A DNA stretch of 64,000 bases, from sequence record ON286972, one strand, 5' to 3'. Made by a program: the position numbers and the translations under genes. Below, in pieces: positions 53,727 to 63,880 of this stretch; position 1 is the stretch's first letter; each line of letters starts with the position of its first letter. The notes below the pieces were generated by a model, which did not search any database, had not been told where the DNA came from, and saw nothing but the letters and a program-made list of their open reading frames with translations. This DNA comes from Escherichia phage A4.

Positions 53727-54282
53727 TTACATGTCCGAAGAGTATCAATATTACACTAAGATGGTTTTGAAAGTGAATGCTATTCTTAATAGTGATTTAT
53801 GTAAAACTAAAAAGACATTTAATCTCCCATATATGCGTTTGGCGATTACTAAAGACCAGGAAGGTATGTATGATCATGCAGTAGTTTTGATGAATGATCT
53901 ACGTGTCTTTCTGATAATTAAGTACAATAAAGAAGATTTAACCAATAACGATGGGTACATTAACTACGATTATATTATTGGAGGAAATGCTGAAGTTCCA
54001 GGGACAAGTGAATTTGCAGGGATTGTTATTTCAGGTAAAAAAATTCCAAAGATTAATCTTAACAGTAGTACTATAGAAGAAGAACTATTCCAGTTAAGTA
54101 CTATGTACAGTACTAACGAATTGGATTTATTACTTTTCAGTACAATCGTCAATCATGAACTGGATAAGAAAGACAAATACTGTCCATTACAACAAATTGT
54201 TCATCGTTTTAAACGTAGTGAATTTAAAAGAATTCATGAAGGTCTGGACAGTCTTATCAACAATACTGGGGAGTTCTCATGA
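53704..54282 (+). CDS. hypothetical protein, family C
   Basis: motif EEELFQLSTMYSTNE. Confidence 0.6.
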   Translation: MHFSNLYNYMSEEYQYYTKMVLKVNAILNSDLCKTKKTFNLPYMRLAITKDQEGMYDHAVVLMNDLRVFLIIKYNKEDLTNNDGYINYDYIIGGNAEVPGTSEFAGIVISGKKIPKINLNSSTIEEELFQLSTMYSTNELDLLLFSTIVNHELDKKDKYCPLQQIVHRFKRSEFKRIHEGLDSLINNTGEFS

Positions 54283-54839
54283 AATATAGTCTTTACAGTA
54301 GAGGAAAGTTTCTTGAGAAGTTCATTGAAGATTGTGTAGCTGCACTGAGTTTAATTCGTGAAGGTGAATACATTAAAGTCAATCACACTGTACTAAGAGA
54401 TCTTAATTTTTTTCTGAGTGGTGATTTGAATAATGATATGCACTTCACAATAACGTACAACCACAAAGATATCATTGAAATCAATACACAACAACGACAC
54501 ATAAAAGAATACACCCGATTACGCAATACCAAGACAAAGCGTGTAGTAATCAAAAAAGGTGATGTAGAGTTGATGTGTAAAGATAGTACTGCAATAGATA
54601 TCAGTACTTACTTCGATAATGAAGAAGATATGGATTGTGATTGCTTCCAGAAGAGTTTAATTATTGATGATCCGTATGTACTGTACGGTGCAGTACTGGC
54701 TCCGTTCTGTCAGAAGAACTTACCAGATGGATGTACGGTTGAATTGAACTTGACAGAACTCATGAATGATGATATATTTGAGTACATGAGTACTAACTCC
54801 AAGGCAATGATTGAACATATTAAGGCAATCCAATGTTAA
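54279..54839 (+). CDS. hypothetical protein, family C
   Basis: ATGA overlap; motif DCDCFQKSLIIDDP. Confidence 0.65.
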   Translation: MKYSLYSRGKFLEKFIEDCVAALSLIREGEYIKVNHTVLRDLNFFLSGDLNNDMHFTITYNHKDIIEINTQQRHIKEYTRLRNTKTKRVVIKKGDVELMCKDSTAIDISTYFDNEEDMDCDCFQKSLIIDDPYVLYGAVLAPFCQKNLPDGCTVELNLTELMNDDIFEYMSTNSKAMIEHIKAIQC

Positions 54840-55318
54840 ATCCAGCAGACGTTATTAAATTTTGTAAAATTCTTGAGAAGTATTCTCATAAATTTGTGCA
54901 CGAAGTACAGATAATGATTGATGGCATTCCCTTTAACTTCGTGAAAAACAACGACATTATATCTGTGTTCTGTGGCTCATGGACATTTTGTGAACTCAAC
55001 TGTCAAGAATCTCAAAATGTTATTGTGAAACGAAACATGATCCTATCAAGGGAAAGTTCAGTATTCATTGAACCAAGTGGTGAAATCATATACGAGAAAA
55101 AGAACGGCGACAGAACTTTAGATGATTTTATGGCTGAATTGAGCCTTGATAATGAGTTTCATAGAAATGCAGTTCTGATACATAGTGCTATGGTGCATGA
55201 AACTAATTTAAATTCTATATCAATTAATTTCGGTGTTTATTCTTATTACAAATTTACATTTGATATGATATTTCAAACACTTAACAAACATCCTATATTC
55301 TGGAAATGCAATGAATAA
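54833..55318 (+). CDS. hypothetical protein
   Basis: 161-aa ORF; family motif not recognisable. Confidence 0.55.
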   Translation: MLNPADVIKFCKILEKYSHKFVHEVQIMIDGIPFNFVKNNDIISVFCGSWTFCELNCQESQNVIVKRNMILSRESSVFIEPSGEIIYEKKNGDRTLDDFMAELSLDNEFHRNAVLIHSAMVHETNLNSISINFGVYSYYKFTFDMIFQTLNKHPIFWKCNE

Positions 55319-55769
55319 AGACGATTACGAATTACTGAAAAAGTTAATCCAGTACTGCCTCAATGAACTGGATAATGGTAAAGCTCGAAAATCAGGTTCA
55401 TGGTTTGATGTAAGCTATCCATCAGACGGCGATGATATGATGACATTATGGTCAAATGAAAGATACATTGATTATAGTGTAATGGATAATACTACTATAG
55501 ATTATGTCAATGACAATGTATGGTATTTCAATACACAGTTAATCATTGATATTAAAAGTATAGATTTAAGTACTGAGATTGATGAAGCAACCATATTTCA
55601 ATTAAGTACTTTGTATTCTGATGAAGTGATATATCCGTTATTACTTCTCCTACAGTTGAGAGCCATTGCAGCGGAACGTGGTTTCACATCCATATCATTT
55701 GCTCATGACATTGATGTACGAAGAGCAGAAATTACAAAATTAGTTGAGGGATATGATGGAACACTTTAG
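55311..55769 (+). CDS. hypothetical acidic protein, family C
   Basis: motif DEATIFQLSTLYSDE. Confidence 0.65.
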   Translation: MNKDDYELLKKLIQYCLNELDNGKARKSGSWFDVSYPSDGDDMMTLWSNERYIDYSVMDNTTIDYVNDNVWYFNTQLIIDIKSIDLSTEIDEATIFQLSTLYSDEVIYPLLLLLQLRAIAAERGFTSISFAHDIDVRRAEITKLVEGYDGTL

Positions 55770-56247
55770 TACTAAAGACTTTGTGGAATTGCATAAAATT
55801 CTTGAAGAAAAATATATCAATGAACAATATGGTCGATTCGAACTGGCTCCAGATATTATTCTTAAAATACAAAAAGATGGTATGATCAGAGTTGTATTTG
55901 AGCAGAAAAGAGGTTTAGACCATGACATTTTCATGCTCTTTGATAGCAATAGTCCTATCTATGATGCACCAAGTTTCGATACAAGCACCATTGGTTCACA
56001 ATCCGCAGTCTTTCATCCAGGAACTACTGTTGTAAAAATCGATGGTGTAGATTGCAACATGCGACCTGTATCATTGGGTGAAATTGATGAAGTTGAATTT
56101 CAGAACAGTACTGTGAATAATTATAGTGCAATGTTCACCTACATGTGCTATCTTAACAGTACTTGTTGCAAATTTCTTATGTACACATCGTATGTAAATG
56201 AAGATGAAGTACTACACTATGTATTGAAAAAACTAAGAGAATTATGA
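55756..56247 (+). CDS. hypothetical protein, family C
   Basis: ATG 55756 after GAGGG; motif DEVEFQNSTVNNYS. Confidence 0.6.
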   Translation: MEHFSTKDFVELHKILEEKYINEQYGRFELAPDIILKIQKDGMIRVVFEQKRGLDHDIFMLFDSNSPIYDAPSFDTSTIGSQSAVFHPGTTVVKIDGVDCNMRPVSLGEIDEVEFQNSTVNNYSAMFTYMCYLNSTCCKFLMYTSYVNEDEVLHYVLKKLREL

Positions 56248-56248
56248 T

Positions 56249-56851
56249 ATGATCATTGACATGCCTATTCTTAATAAAATGCTTAACCCTGTCATTACGT
56301 TAGCTAAAAGTATTTCTAATAATGAAAAGTTGCATCTCCCATACTCTATGTTAACGTATGCAACTGATTTTTACAGGATTGAAATCTCGGCATGTGAACA
56401 ACGAATTACACTAGCATTCAAACGCCTTGGTGCTGGACTTGCAAATGATTTTGATATTTCACTGATACTTCATGGTGAATTAGAAGATAGTAAAATTCTG
56501 TCCTATGAAAGAATTCTTCGCAGTACAAATGAAATAAAATTATTCAAAACATTTTCACATTATAATGGTTCTGATGTTTCATATTATTTTGATAAGGATT
56601 CATTTAAGAATATCAAAAGTGTTGAAGTGAAAGATTTCAGCGAAGAATGGTATTTTCAAAATACATTAATTCATTCTTTACCTTCATATGAAGAAATGAA
56701 GATGAACATTGATCTTTATGAAAAATTAAAATCAGAACTGAAATGTAATTTTCTATTATCAATGAACTACAAAAAGATCAGTACTGATGTGGTATTAGAA
56801 GATGAACTAATGAAACGAATTTGGTCTGCTATACCAGTTATTAAGGAATAA
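56249..56851 (+). CDS. hypothetical protein, family C
   Basis: motif SEEWYFQNTLIHSLP. Confidence 0.65.
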   Translation: MIIDMPILNKMLNPVITLAKSISNNEKLHLPYSMLTYATDFYRIEISACEQRITLAFKRLGAGLANDFDISLILHGELEDSKILSYERILRSTNEIKLFKTFSHYNGSDVSYYFDKDSFKNIKSVEVKDFSEEWYFQNTLIHSLPSYEEMKMNIDLYEKLKSELKCNFLLSMNYKKISTDVVLEDELMKRIWSAIPVIKE

Positions 56852-56853
56852 TA

Positions 56854-57393
56854 ATGCACATTGCAACATTATCAAATACTAAAGAATTTGAGCTATGGCC
56901 TGAGAAAGTTAACAGCTTACGTCAGCGTTATGTTAATTTCTGCCGTGGCATCAGGAAAGCCAGTAGAATGTCACATTCACTAAGCATGTCAATTGATGGT
57001 TGTGTTATGAATGCAGATAAGAACCGTTTGTACGTTGAATCATACAGTTCGCAAGCTCTGTACATTATGCTTCATGCTGGTACACAAATCCCACAGAATT
57101 CGATTGGTTGTTATTCAATTACATGGTCTGGACGAAAGTCTACTAAATTATATCCGTGCAAAAGAAACGACCAATCGTTCAGTGTTGATATTAATTACTG
57201 TGAGTACACTGAAGAAGAACACTTTCAGCACAGTACTCTTCATGATATCATTGAGTACAATGAATGCATCAATGTACTGGATAAATGTTATGATTTAGAA
57301 CATAATACTGGTATCGTTGTAGTTAATAATTGCTTTTTTGATAGTGATGTACTTGATACATTAGATTATTTTTTAGAGGGTTACAATGACTAA
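56854..57393 (+). CDS. hypothetical protein, family C
   Basis: motif TEEEHFQHSTLHDII. Confidence 0.65.
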   Translation: MHIATLSNTKEFELWPEKVNSLRQRYVNFCRGIRKASRMSHSLSMSIDGCVMNADKNRLYVESYSSQALYIMLHAGTQIPQNSIGCYSITWSGRKSTKLYPCKRNDQSFSVDINYCEYTEEEHFQHSTLHDIIEYNECINVLDKCYDLEHNTGIVVVNNCFFDSDVLDTLDYFLEGYND

Positions 57394-58003
57394 CATTAGA
57401 ACAGAGTATGTTAAGTACGAGAAAGCACTACGTGATTTACTAAACATTGCACCGGATTTAATTAGAGCTAAACAAACACTATTTGACAAGTACGGTCCGA
57501 AAAGTGAACTCAAGCTATCAAAAAAGGGAAAACCCACACAATATACAACGCTGTATAATAGATATAGCGTTGGGATTTGTAATATCTATACAGATGAATT
57601 AGTACTGGAATTAACCCAAGACGATGATGAAGAAGCACATGATTTATTTCCTGAATTTGAAGAGTGCATGTTTAGTCCAGGTAATCCAGTGTTTTTAACC
57701 TTAAATGATGGAAGAAAAACGCTAAAAGAATCGTTCATCACATATGATGCCAAAACTAAAACACTAATGGATATTGAATCTGGGTATAAGACTGATCTGA
57801 AATCACTTGAAGATTGTAAGGGTGCATTGTTTCAGATGGGTGTAATCACAGAGGTTACCACTACACCAGAAGAATTATGGCTTATGGTTTCAGTACTGAA
57901 TGATTGGTACAAAGTGAAGAGTCTACGAAATATGTTCATTTATATCAAGCCTGATTGCATCAAGAAAGAAACACTAATTAACAATATGGTAATACCTGAA
58001 TGA
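57386..58003 (+). CDS. hypothetical protein, family C
   Basis: motif KGALFQMGVITEV. Confidence 0.6.
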   Translation: MTNIRTEYVKYEKALRDLLNIAPDLIRAKQTLFDKYGPKSELKLSKKGKPTQYTTLYNRYSVGICNIYTDELVLELTQDDDEEAHDLFPEFEECMFSPGNPVFLTLNDGRKTLKESFITYDAKTKTLMDIESGYKTDLKSLEDCKGALFQMGVITEVTTTPEELWLMVSVLNDWYKVKSLRNMFIYIKPDCIKKETLINNMVIPE

Positions 58004-58599
58004 AAAAAGATCCCAATGAAGACTTAATCAATTCTTTAAGTACTATCAAAGATTTGTGGTTACGATATCGTGGATTGTATAGTGTTAAAGATACAGAAAA
58101 TAACATACTCCAAAGTCTTAAAATCACGATTCGAATGCAATTCAAAAATGGAATGGCAGTTGATGTTGAGATGAACAAAACTGGAGTTTATGTATATGAT
58201 GGTTCTCGAACTGCAATCTTTATGGCAGAATTCATAGATGAAGACTGTAATCTATATTGTTCATACGACATTGAAAGTGGTGATATCGAAATGTTCGCTA
58301 ATGAACCTATCCTGCTCCGTTTCACTAAATCATGGAATGAAGATTACATTATATATCAAAATGGAGGCTTCTTAAATTCCGATGAGGAACCCATCGATAA
58401 CATAGAAGAAATGGCATTCCAGAGCAGTACTGTTAACGATGATGCATTATCTTATCAAGAAATCCTTGACACAGTGAATGGTTATGATAAAATACAGGCT
58501 GCAATGAAAGAGAACGGTATCTGTTATCTTACAGTACTGGACAAACTCTTCTACGATGAACTGTGTTCGTACCTGAACTGTATTCTCACTGAGGATTGA
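58000..58599 (+). CDS. hypothetical acidic protein, family C
   Basis: ATGA overlap; motif IEEMAFQSSTVNDD. Confidence 0.65.
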   Translation: MKKDPNEDLINSLSTIKDLWLRYRGLYSVKDTENNILQSLKITIRMQFKNGMAVDVEMNKTGVYVYDGSRTAIFMAEFIDEDCNLYCSYDIESGDIEMFANEPILLRFTKSWNEDYIIYQNGGFLNSDEEPIDNIEEMAFQSSTVNDDALSYQEILDTVNGYDKIQAAMKENGICYLTVLDKLFYDELCSYLNCILTED

Positions 58600-59015
58600 T
58601 GATGATTCTATACCATGCAAGTACTGTTAAAATTGACAACTTCTACATTCCTTATGGTGGTTTACATATGGGAGGGAAGCATAGTGCTCTTGAGGCTGCG
58701 TTACGCAAGCTGAGAAGCCCACTGAACGTTGTTGATGCTGACATGGTGTACTTGCATACCTTAGAAGTTGACGTTGATAACGTGCTTCTGTGTGAGGATA
58801 TGGGTAGTGATGACGAATGGCGTTCACTTATTGAGTATTGTGATACTGAAGGTTACGATGCAGTTCAGTACAAGAATGAATACGAGCCGGACAATGTTCC
58901 TAGTTATATGATTTGGGATACATCTAAAGTTCGTATTGTTGAAGTTGATACTATGCATATGGATGAAGCTGAAATGATTATCGAAGATTTTCTTGATGAA
59001 TATGAAGGTGTATAA
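58596..59015 (+). CDS. hypothetical acidic protein, not family C
   Basis: 139 aa; ILYHASTVKIDNFYIPYGGLHMGG N-term; no FQxS motif. Confidence 0.6.
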   Translation: MMMILYHASTVKIDNFYIPYGGLHMGGKHSALEAALRKLRSPLNVVDADMVYLHTLEVDVDNVLLCEDMGSDDEWRSLIEYCDTEGYDAVQYKNEYEPDNVPSYMIWDTSKVRIVEVDTMHMDEAEMIIEDFLDEYEGV

Positions 59016-59539
59016 TGACTGATCCAATGACAGTACTGGTACGTACTAAGTTACTATTGAAGATTGGTGAGATTTTCACAGATCTTATGCACAATCAAAT
59101 TGATATTACAGAACTAGATATTAAGCAACCGTGGGAAATTACAAGGTTCTCGGCGTTCCACCGATTGTCATATAAAGGTGAAACTGTTCTTGATTTTAAT
59201 CACAAAGCACAATTCCTGGATTATGCCGCGTTGTACCGAAATAATTATTCAGGTTGTATAACCAATAACTTCAAAGAAATAAAAGTACAGATTGAATCAA
59301 TTGAATTTAACGAATTACTATATCCAGAATTTAAGTTAACTGAAGAATCTATGTTTCAGTACTCACTAATTCTAAAAGATCTAGAAACTCTAGAGTACTA
59401 CAGAGAGTTAGTAGATATTTTTATGAATGTTCGTCTTTCAAAAGATATTGTGATATTCTGGTATACAGAGCGTATTACAGAGGAAGTACTTGAAGAATTT
59501 CTCGTAAATATGACAGCTATTAAGGAGAATTTATGTTAG
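59015..59539 (+). CDS. hypothetical protein, family C
   Basis: motif TEESMFQYSLILKD. Confidence 0.65.
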   Translation: MTDPMTVLVRTKLLLKIGEIFTDLMHNQIDITELDIKQPWEITRFSAFHRLSYKGETVLDFNHKAQFLDYAALYRNNYSGCITNNFKEIKVQIESIEFNELLYPEFKLTEESMFQYSLILKDLETLEYYRELVDIFMNVRLSKDIVIFWYTERITEEVLEEFLVNMTAIKENLC

Positions 59540-59997
59540 ACATTTTAGGAAACATTGATACGGTAAACTTTTTTATTCAAGACGCTATTATCAATATCAC
59601 ATCAAAGCCAATCCAAGTTAGAAGTAACTTTTATAGTGGTGATGGTTATATGGTTGATATTGTTGAAGTTAAGAAAAATGTTTTCCAAATCAATATTCTC
59701 ACCCAAACGAGAACACAGATTTCTCGTATCATCATTAATAAAGATGAAGCCGTCATTCGTTATAATTCAAAATTTATGATGTTCTTTAAAAAGAAAACTG
59801 GTATGTTCAGTACTAATCTCTTTGATGAATCATTTTATTCAACCGATGTGGAATCTACCTTCTTCACACAAAGTACATTTATCAAATTTGATAGTATTGA
59901 GTTCGATTCAAATATCATGTCAGAAACATTACAATGCCTAAAGGTATTACATAATGAATTTACCAACTTTATCGATAGCCGAAACAAGATTAACTAA
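59533..59997 (+). CDS. hypothetical protein, divergent family C
   Basis: AAGGAGA SD; motif ESTFFTQSTFIKFD. Confidence 0.6.
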   Translation: MLDILGNIDTVNFFIQDAIINITSKPIQVRSNFYSGDGYMVDIVEVKKNVFQINILTQTRTQISRIIINKDEAVIRYNSKFMMFFKKKTGMFSTNLFDESFYSTDVESTFFTQSTFIKFDSIEFDSNIMSETLQCLKVLHNEFTNFIDSRNKIN

Positions 59998-60412
59998 TAT
60001 AAATGAATTAGTTAATGCTATCTTATCATGCAAATTAAAAATTGATACCAAATGTAAGTACAATGGTATTAATTTATACAAATTAAAATATTCACGAATA
60101 CATAATTCAGTAAAATACATTTACGGTACTAGTCAAATCATCTTTGAAACGGTTACAGTGAACAGTAAATTACTTATTGATGTTTATATCAGTAATAAGA
60201 TTAAAAATTCACAAAAAGTGTTGACAGTTTCTTCTGATAATGTTACTATGTTTGATACCAACAATAAGAAGTTAGATATTGATTTAGATGTTATTCTTGA
60301 TGGTGACTTATTCCAGTACGAGTGTATTGGTCTAAATAATCCATTTGATAAATCAGTACTAGTCAATTTAATCAAACATATTAAGGGTATTTTAGATGAA
60401 ACTAACAACTGA
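59954..60412 (+). CDS. hypothetical protein, family C
   Basis: motif GDLFQYECIGLNNP; 44-nt overlap with upstream gene. Confidence 0.55.
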   Translation: MNLPTLSIAETRLTNINELVNAILSCKLKIDTKCKYNGINLYKLKYSRIHNSVKYIYGTSQIIFETVTVNSKLLIDVYISNKIKNSQKVLTVSSDNVTMFDTNNKKLDIDLDVILDGDLFQYECIGLNNPFDKSVLVNLIKHIKGILDETNN

Positions 60413-60896
60413 TATGAAACTTTGCATTTCTTTGATTATGCGTTCATTCGATGACAAAAGGACAAGTAAAGTTACTATCACCAATGACCATTTACAATGC
60501 AGTACACTCAATAGTACTGTAGTTTTCGGATTACATAGCCTCCGTTTGACGATAGTAAATAATATTGACAATACGGCGATGTGTATTACCCCCTGCCACG
60601 TTCAGGATGAACATGGTGTTTATCTTCACCACATGGGGACTTCGTATTTCATTTTCAATGAAGAAAAGGGAGTACAAAAAGACTTTAACACGTTGTGCGT
60701 AGACGGCGGTGAATTGTTCCAGATGGGAACTTTATATCAGTGTGATTTTACTGATACATCTGAAGTACTTCCATTATTTCTTGATCTCATTAAGAATTTA
60801 GGTTCATTTACTGGTCGCTATAACAAATCATTAAAGGCACAGGCAATTCAAAATATCTCGGAAGCAATAGAATATTACGAAAACGCTGTGTCGTAA
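60396..60896 (+). CDS. hypothetical protein, family C
   Basis: motif GELFQMGTLYQCDF. Confidence 0.6.
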   Translation: MKLTTDMKLCISLIMRSFDDKRTSKVTITNDHLQCSTLNSTVVFGLHSLRLTIVNNIDNTAMCITPCHVQDEHGVYLHHMGTSYFIFNEEKGVQKDFNTLCVDGGELFQMGTLYQCDFTDTSEVLPLFLDLIKNLGSFTGRYNKSLKAQAIQNISEAIEYYENAVS

Positions 60897-60936
60897 CACC
60901 AGCACATGGATGTGCGATGACGATCAAGGATAGATC

Positions 60937-61410
60937 ATGGAGATTAAAACTGTTGAAAACGGAAAGATTGATGACATTTTAGAGTTGGACGCTTTCAAAG
61001 TGCATGATATAATGTTTAACGTAAGAGACATTATCCAATGCCTTTTCTTGTGCAGCAAGTCAATGTATGAACATTTCCATTGCCCACGTACTAATATTTT
61101 TATACTAACTATCAGTACTGAAAACTCATTTATCATGGGTATTCCAATGAATACAAATGAAGAATATATTGATTGTGTTGTTCGTAATGATCCTTCTATC
61201 ACACCACAGAGTGAAGTGCATAAGAAGAAAAATACATATACTATTAAAGACGATAAAATTATGTTGTGCGTGACCAAGGGTTTTCTACTTGACAACTTCA
61301 TAATCAAAGATAGTTATCATGACTTTAAAGTATCTGAGAAGCAAGTCAATGTAGTTCTATATGCAAGTGATATCGAGAGCCTTACAGTGAAAGATCCAGA
61401 CCTGGAGTAA
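60937..61410 (+). CDS. hypothetical protein
   Basis: 157-aa ORF; SD AAGGA. Confidence 0.6.
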   Translation: MEIKTVENGKIDDILELDAFKVHDIMFNVRDIIQCLFLCSKSMYEHFHCPRTNIFILTISTENSFIMGIPMNTNEEYIDCVVRNDPSITPQSEVHKKKNTYTIKDDKIMLCVTKGFLLDNFIIKDSYHDFKVSEKQVNVVLYASDIESLTVKDPDLE

Positions 61411-61412
61411 TT

Positions 61413-61550
61413 ATGGCTAAGAAATCTAAAGTAAACAACTTTGTTGCAAAGCACTGTAATGAGTTTAATAAGGCTCAAGTGCACGTGGACCGCAAGAAAG
61501 CTGCAAAAAATGGAAAAATTAAACACCAGTCGAGATTTTATCTCGACTAA
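61413..61550 (+). CDS. hypothetical small basic protein (45 aa)
   Basis: Hand-translated MAKKSKVNNFVAKHCNEFNKAQVHVDRKK... Confidence 0.45.
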   Translation: MAKKSKVNNFVAKHCNEFNKAQVHVDRKKAAKNGKIKHQSRFYLD

Positions 61551-61557
61551 TTTTTTT
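61529..61557 (+). terminator. putative rho-independent terminator
   Basis: Stem GTCGAGA/TCTCGAC, loop TTTTA, then TAATTTTTTT. Confidence 0.5.
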
Positions 61558-61567
61558 GAGGTAAAAT

Positions 61568-62214
61568 ATGGTATTCAATTTTGGAATAAATGATTCTAAT
61601 GGTGATTCTTCAAGAAAACATAAAGATAACAATATCTATAATTCATGGTATAATATGTTAAAACGATGCTATTCACCATCATTTCACAAAATTGAACCAT
61701 CGTATATTGATATAACCGTTTGTGATGATTGGAAACATTATTCTAATTACAAACAATGGTTCAAGGAAAATTACATACAAGGATATGAAATTGACAAAGA
61801 TATAGCACATGGATATTCAAAAATATATTCACCAAGAACTTGTTTTTTTGTTCCCAAATTAATTAACAATTGTATTTTAGAAGGTACGAAAAAATATCAA
61901 AATATCCCATTGGTGTATCGTATAAAAATAAAAGTTCAAGTATGATTAATGAATACAAAAAACCATATTCTTCACATATTACACGTTATGGTAAACTAAA
62001 AAATAATGGCTATTATCATACACCTGAAGAAGCACATAAAGTTTGGCAAATGTCAAAAAAAGAATATATAGAAGAACTTATAGATATATACAAAAATGAT
62101 GTTTCTATACAAATCATATCAGGTTTACAAAACATAGTTGATATGTTAGATTATGATATACAAAATAATTTAATCACAAAATCGTTAAAATTTAATATAT
62201 GGTGTTCAAAATGA
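61568..62214 (+). pseudogene. HNH-type homing endonuclease, split by a frameshift near 61865-61872
   Basis: Frame 2 has NSWYNMLKRCYSP...ITVCDDW...YSPRTCFFVP nuclease module; frame 1 continues with the IGVSYKNK...GYYHTPEEAHKVWQ AP2-like module. Confidence 0.55.
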
Positions 62215-63050
62215 TGTTCTTAAACTTCAAAGAGTATTCAGTACTTGATCATATCAAGATTCTATCTGAGAATCCTGAAACATTTGGTGCAGTAAAAACA
62301 GCAAATGGAGAATCTTATGATGTTTATAACATTACAGGACATACTGTTTCTGTAAAAAACAATATCCGTCCTTCGACACTAGATATTAATATTCGTAATA
62401 ATGAAACTTATGAAACTTCACTATCATACGAATATGATTCAGATCTTAAGTCTGAAATATTCAACACACCATCAGTCCATTATTACAAGTCAGAAGATAC
62501 AATTCGTTACCGAGATACCACGATTAATGATATAGTTTTTAATCGTAGAATTAATGCCAGTGGTATAGTTTCAGTTCGTAGTACTGATAGATTTGCAAAA
62601 TATACTGTCGAAAATAATGTACGATCATTTGAAACAACTTTCCGTCTAACACAAGGTACAGAAGAAAGCAACATCACACTCCAAGAACGTTTGTCATCAG
62701 ACGGGATTATTATGCGTAGTGTTGCTTTTTTCAGATATAACACCGAAGATGGGCGTCCAGTGATGTGTGATTTGGATATCACTCGTACAGGTGATAAAAC
62801 AATCGCCACTATAACCTCTGGATACCGACATTCGTTTACATTAGAACTGGATGTACCTGATGCATCATTACTTGGTATTTTTGATCCGCTGGCAGCATTT
62901 CAAGCAGAGTTAGTGCTGAACCCTAAGCAGTACGAGATTCTTGATATCTTACGTAAAGGCATAGTTAATAAGTTGAAAACTTACCAACAGTTAGGTGGTA
63001 AGATGAGTATAGTTAATACTATTCTCGAAAATATTGAAAGAGTAAGTTAA
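62211..63050 (+). CDS. hypothetical protein
   Basis: About 280-aa ORF; start taken at ATG overlapping the endonuclease stop. Confidence 0.6.
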   Translation: MMFLNFKEYSVLDHIKILSENPETFGAVKTANGESYDVYNITGHTVSVKNNIRPSTLDINIRNNETYETSLSYEYDSDLKSEIFNTPSVHYYKSEDTIRYRDTTINDIVFNRRINASGIVSVRSTDRFAKYTVENNVRSFETTFRLTQGTEESNITLQERLSSDGIIMRSVAFFRYNTEDGRPVMCDLDITRTGDKTIATITSGYRHSFTLELDVPDASLLGIFDPLAAFQAELVLNPKQYEILDILRKGIVNKLKTYQQLGGKMSIVNTILENIERVS

Positions 63051-63070
63051 TACATGGAGATAGATTTAGT

Positions 63071-63373
63071 ATGGATACTAAATTTGAAATTAAATTCTTG
63101 ACACAACCATATACTCCTAATACTGGGAAACGTTTTATTCCTGAAGGAGCAGTAGAGGTTGTTCACCCTGATGGTACTAAATTGTATTTGAATCCATGTT
63201 CATATGAGCGTGCTGTTGAAATGCTTATCATGAACTGCAAGCACAATACAAAGACAGAGGACAGTAAGTACATCAGTTATCTATATAGCGAGCACATCCT
63301 CGACTTCCAAGACGAGAATATGTTCATTCTTGCAATTCAAGACTTTGAAAATTGGATTGAAAATATTGTCTAA
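63071..63373 (+). CDS. hypothetical protein
   Basis: 100-aa ORF. Confidence 0.6.
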   Translation: MDTKFEIKFLTQPYTPNTGKRFIPEGAVEVVHPDGTKLYLNPCSYERAVEMLIMNCKHNTKTEDSKYISYLYSEHILDFQDENMFILAIQDFENWIENIV

Positions 63374-63439
63374 AATCATCTGGACATATGACAATTCAAT
63401 GATATAATGTTCGCATCTTTTTGATAAACGGAGATAAAG

Positions 63440-63826
63440 ATGAATACAAGTTCTATTCTAAAAGCAATTGGTGGTGTACTTCTCATCGAAGTACAAGGTG
63501 AACCAAAACTATGTTGTTTAGAAGATATGAAACAAACTAAATTCTTTGGTACTGGTCAGATTTTCAATGCAATTCGCGTTTTGAATGATAAAACAGTAGG
63601 TGACTACGGTCGTGCATGGCCTAACTATCGCAATGACGAAGGTGAAATCAGTACTGACTGGAAAACAATTGAAGCTGTTCGTCAGAATTGTGATTCAGAT
63701 TGGGATTTCATTGTTGAAGTGTGTAATCAACTTCAAGAAGAAGTACCAGAGATTGTTGAACGTAAAGAAGTACTATCACAGCTAGAGAAGTTCCGTCACG
63801 GAACACTACAATACGAAGTACTGTAA
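63440..63826 (+). CDS. hypothetical protein
   Basis: 128-aa ORF; TGGACA-17-TATAAT promoter and GGAGA SD upstream. Confidence 0.65.
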   Translation: MNTSSILKAIGGVLLIEVQGEPKLCCLEDMKQTKFFGTGQIFNAIRVLNDKTVGDYGRAWPNYRNDEGEISTDWKTIEAVRQNCDSDWDFIVEVCNQLQEEVPEIVERKEVLSQLEKFRHGTLQYEVL

Positions 63827-63880
63827 TATCTCCGATTATTAAAACAAACTAATTAAACATTATATAAAAAGGAATTTAAA

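Noticed and set aside
30736-60896. Reading the family C motif as a TEV-type protease site (ENLYFQ/S)
   Set aside because: The register differs (EExxFQ-x-S, with a residue between Q and S), the motif sits in a hydrophobic conserved core rather than a linker, and no protease gene is evident; treated as coincidental resemblance.
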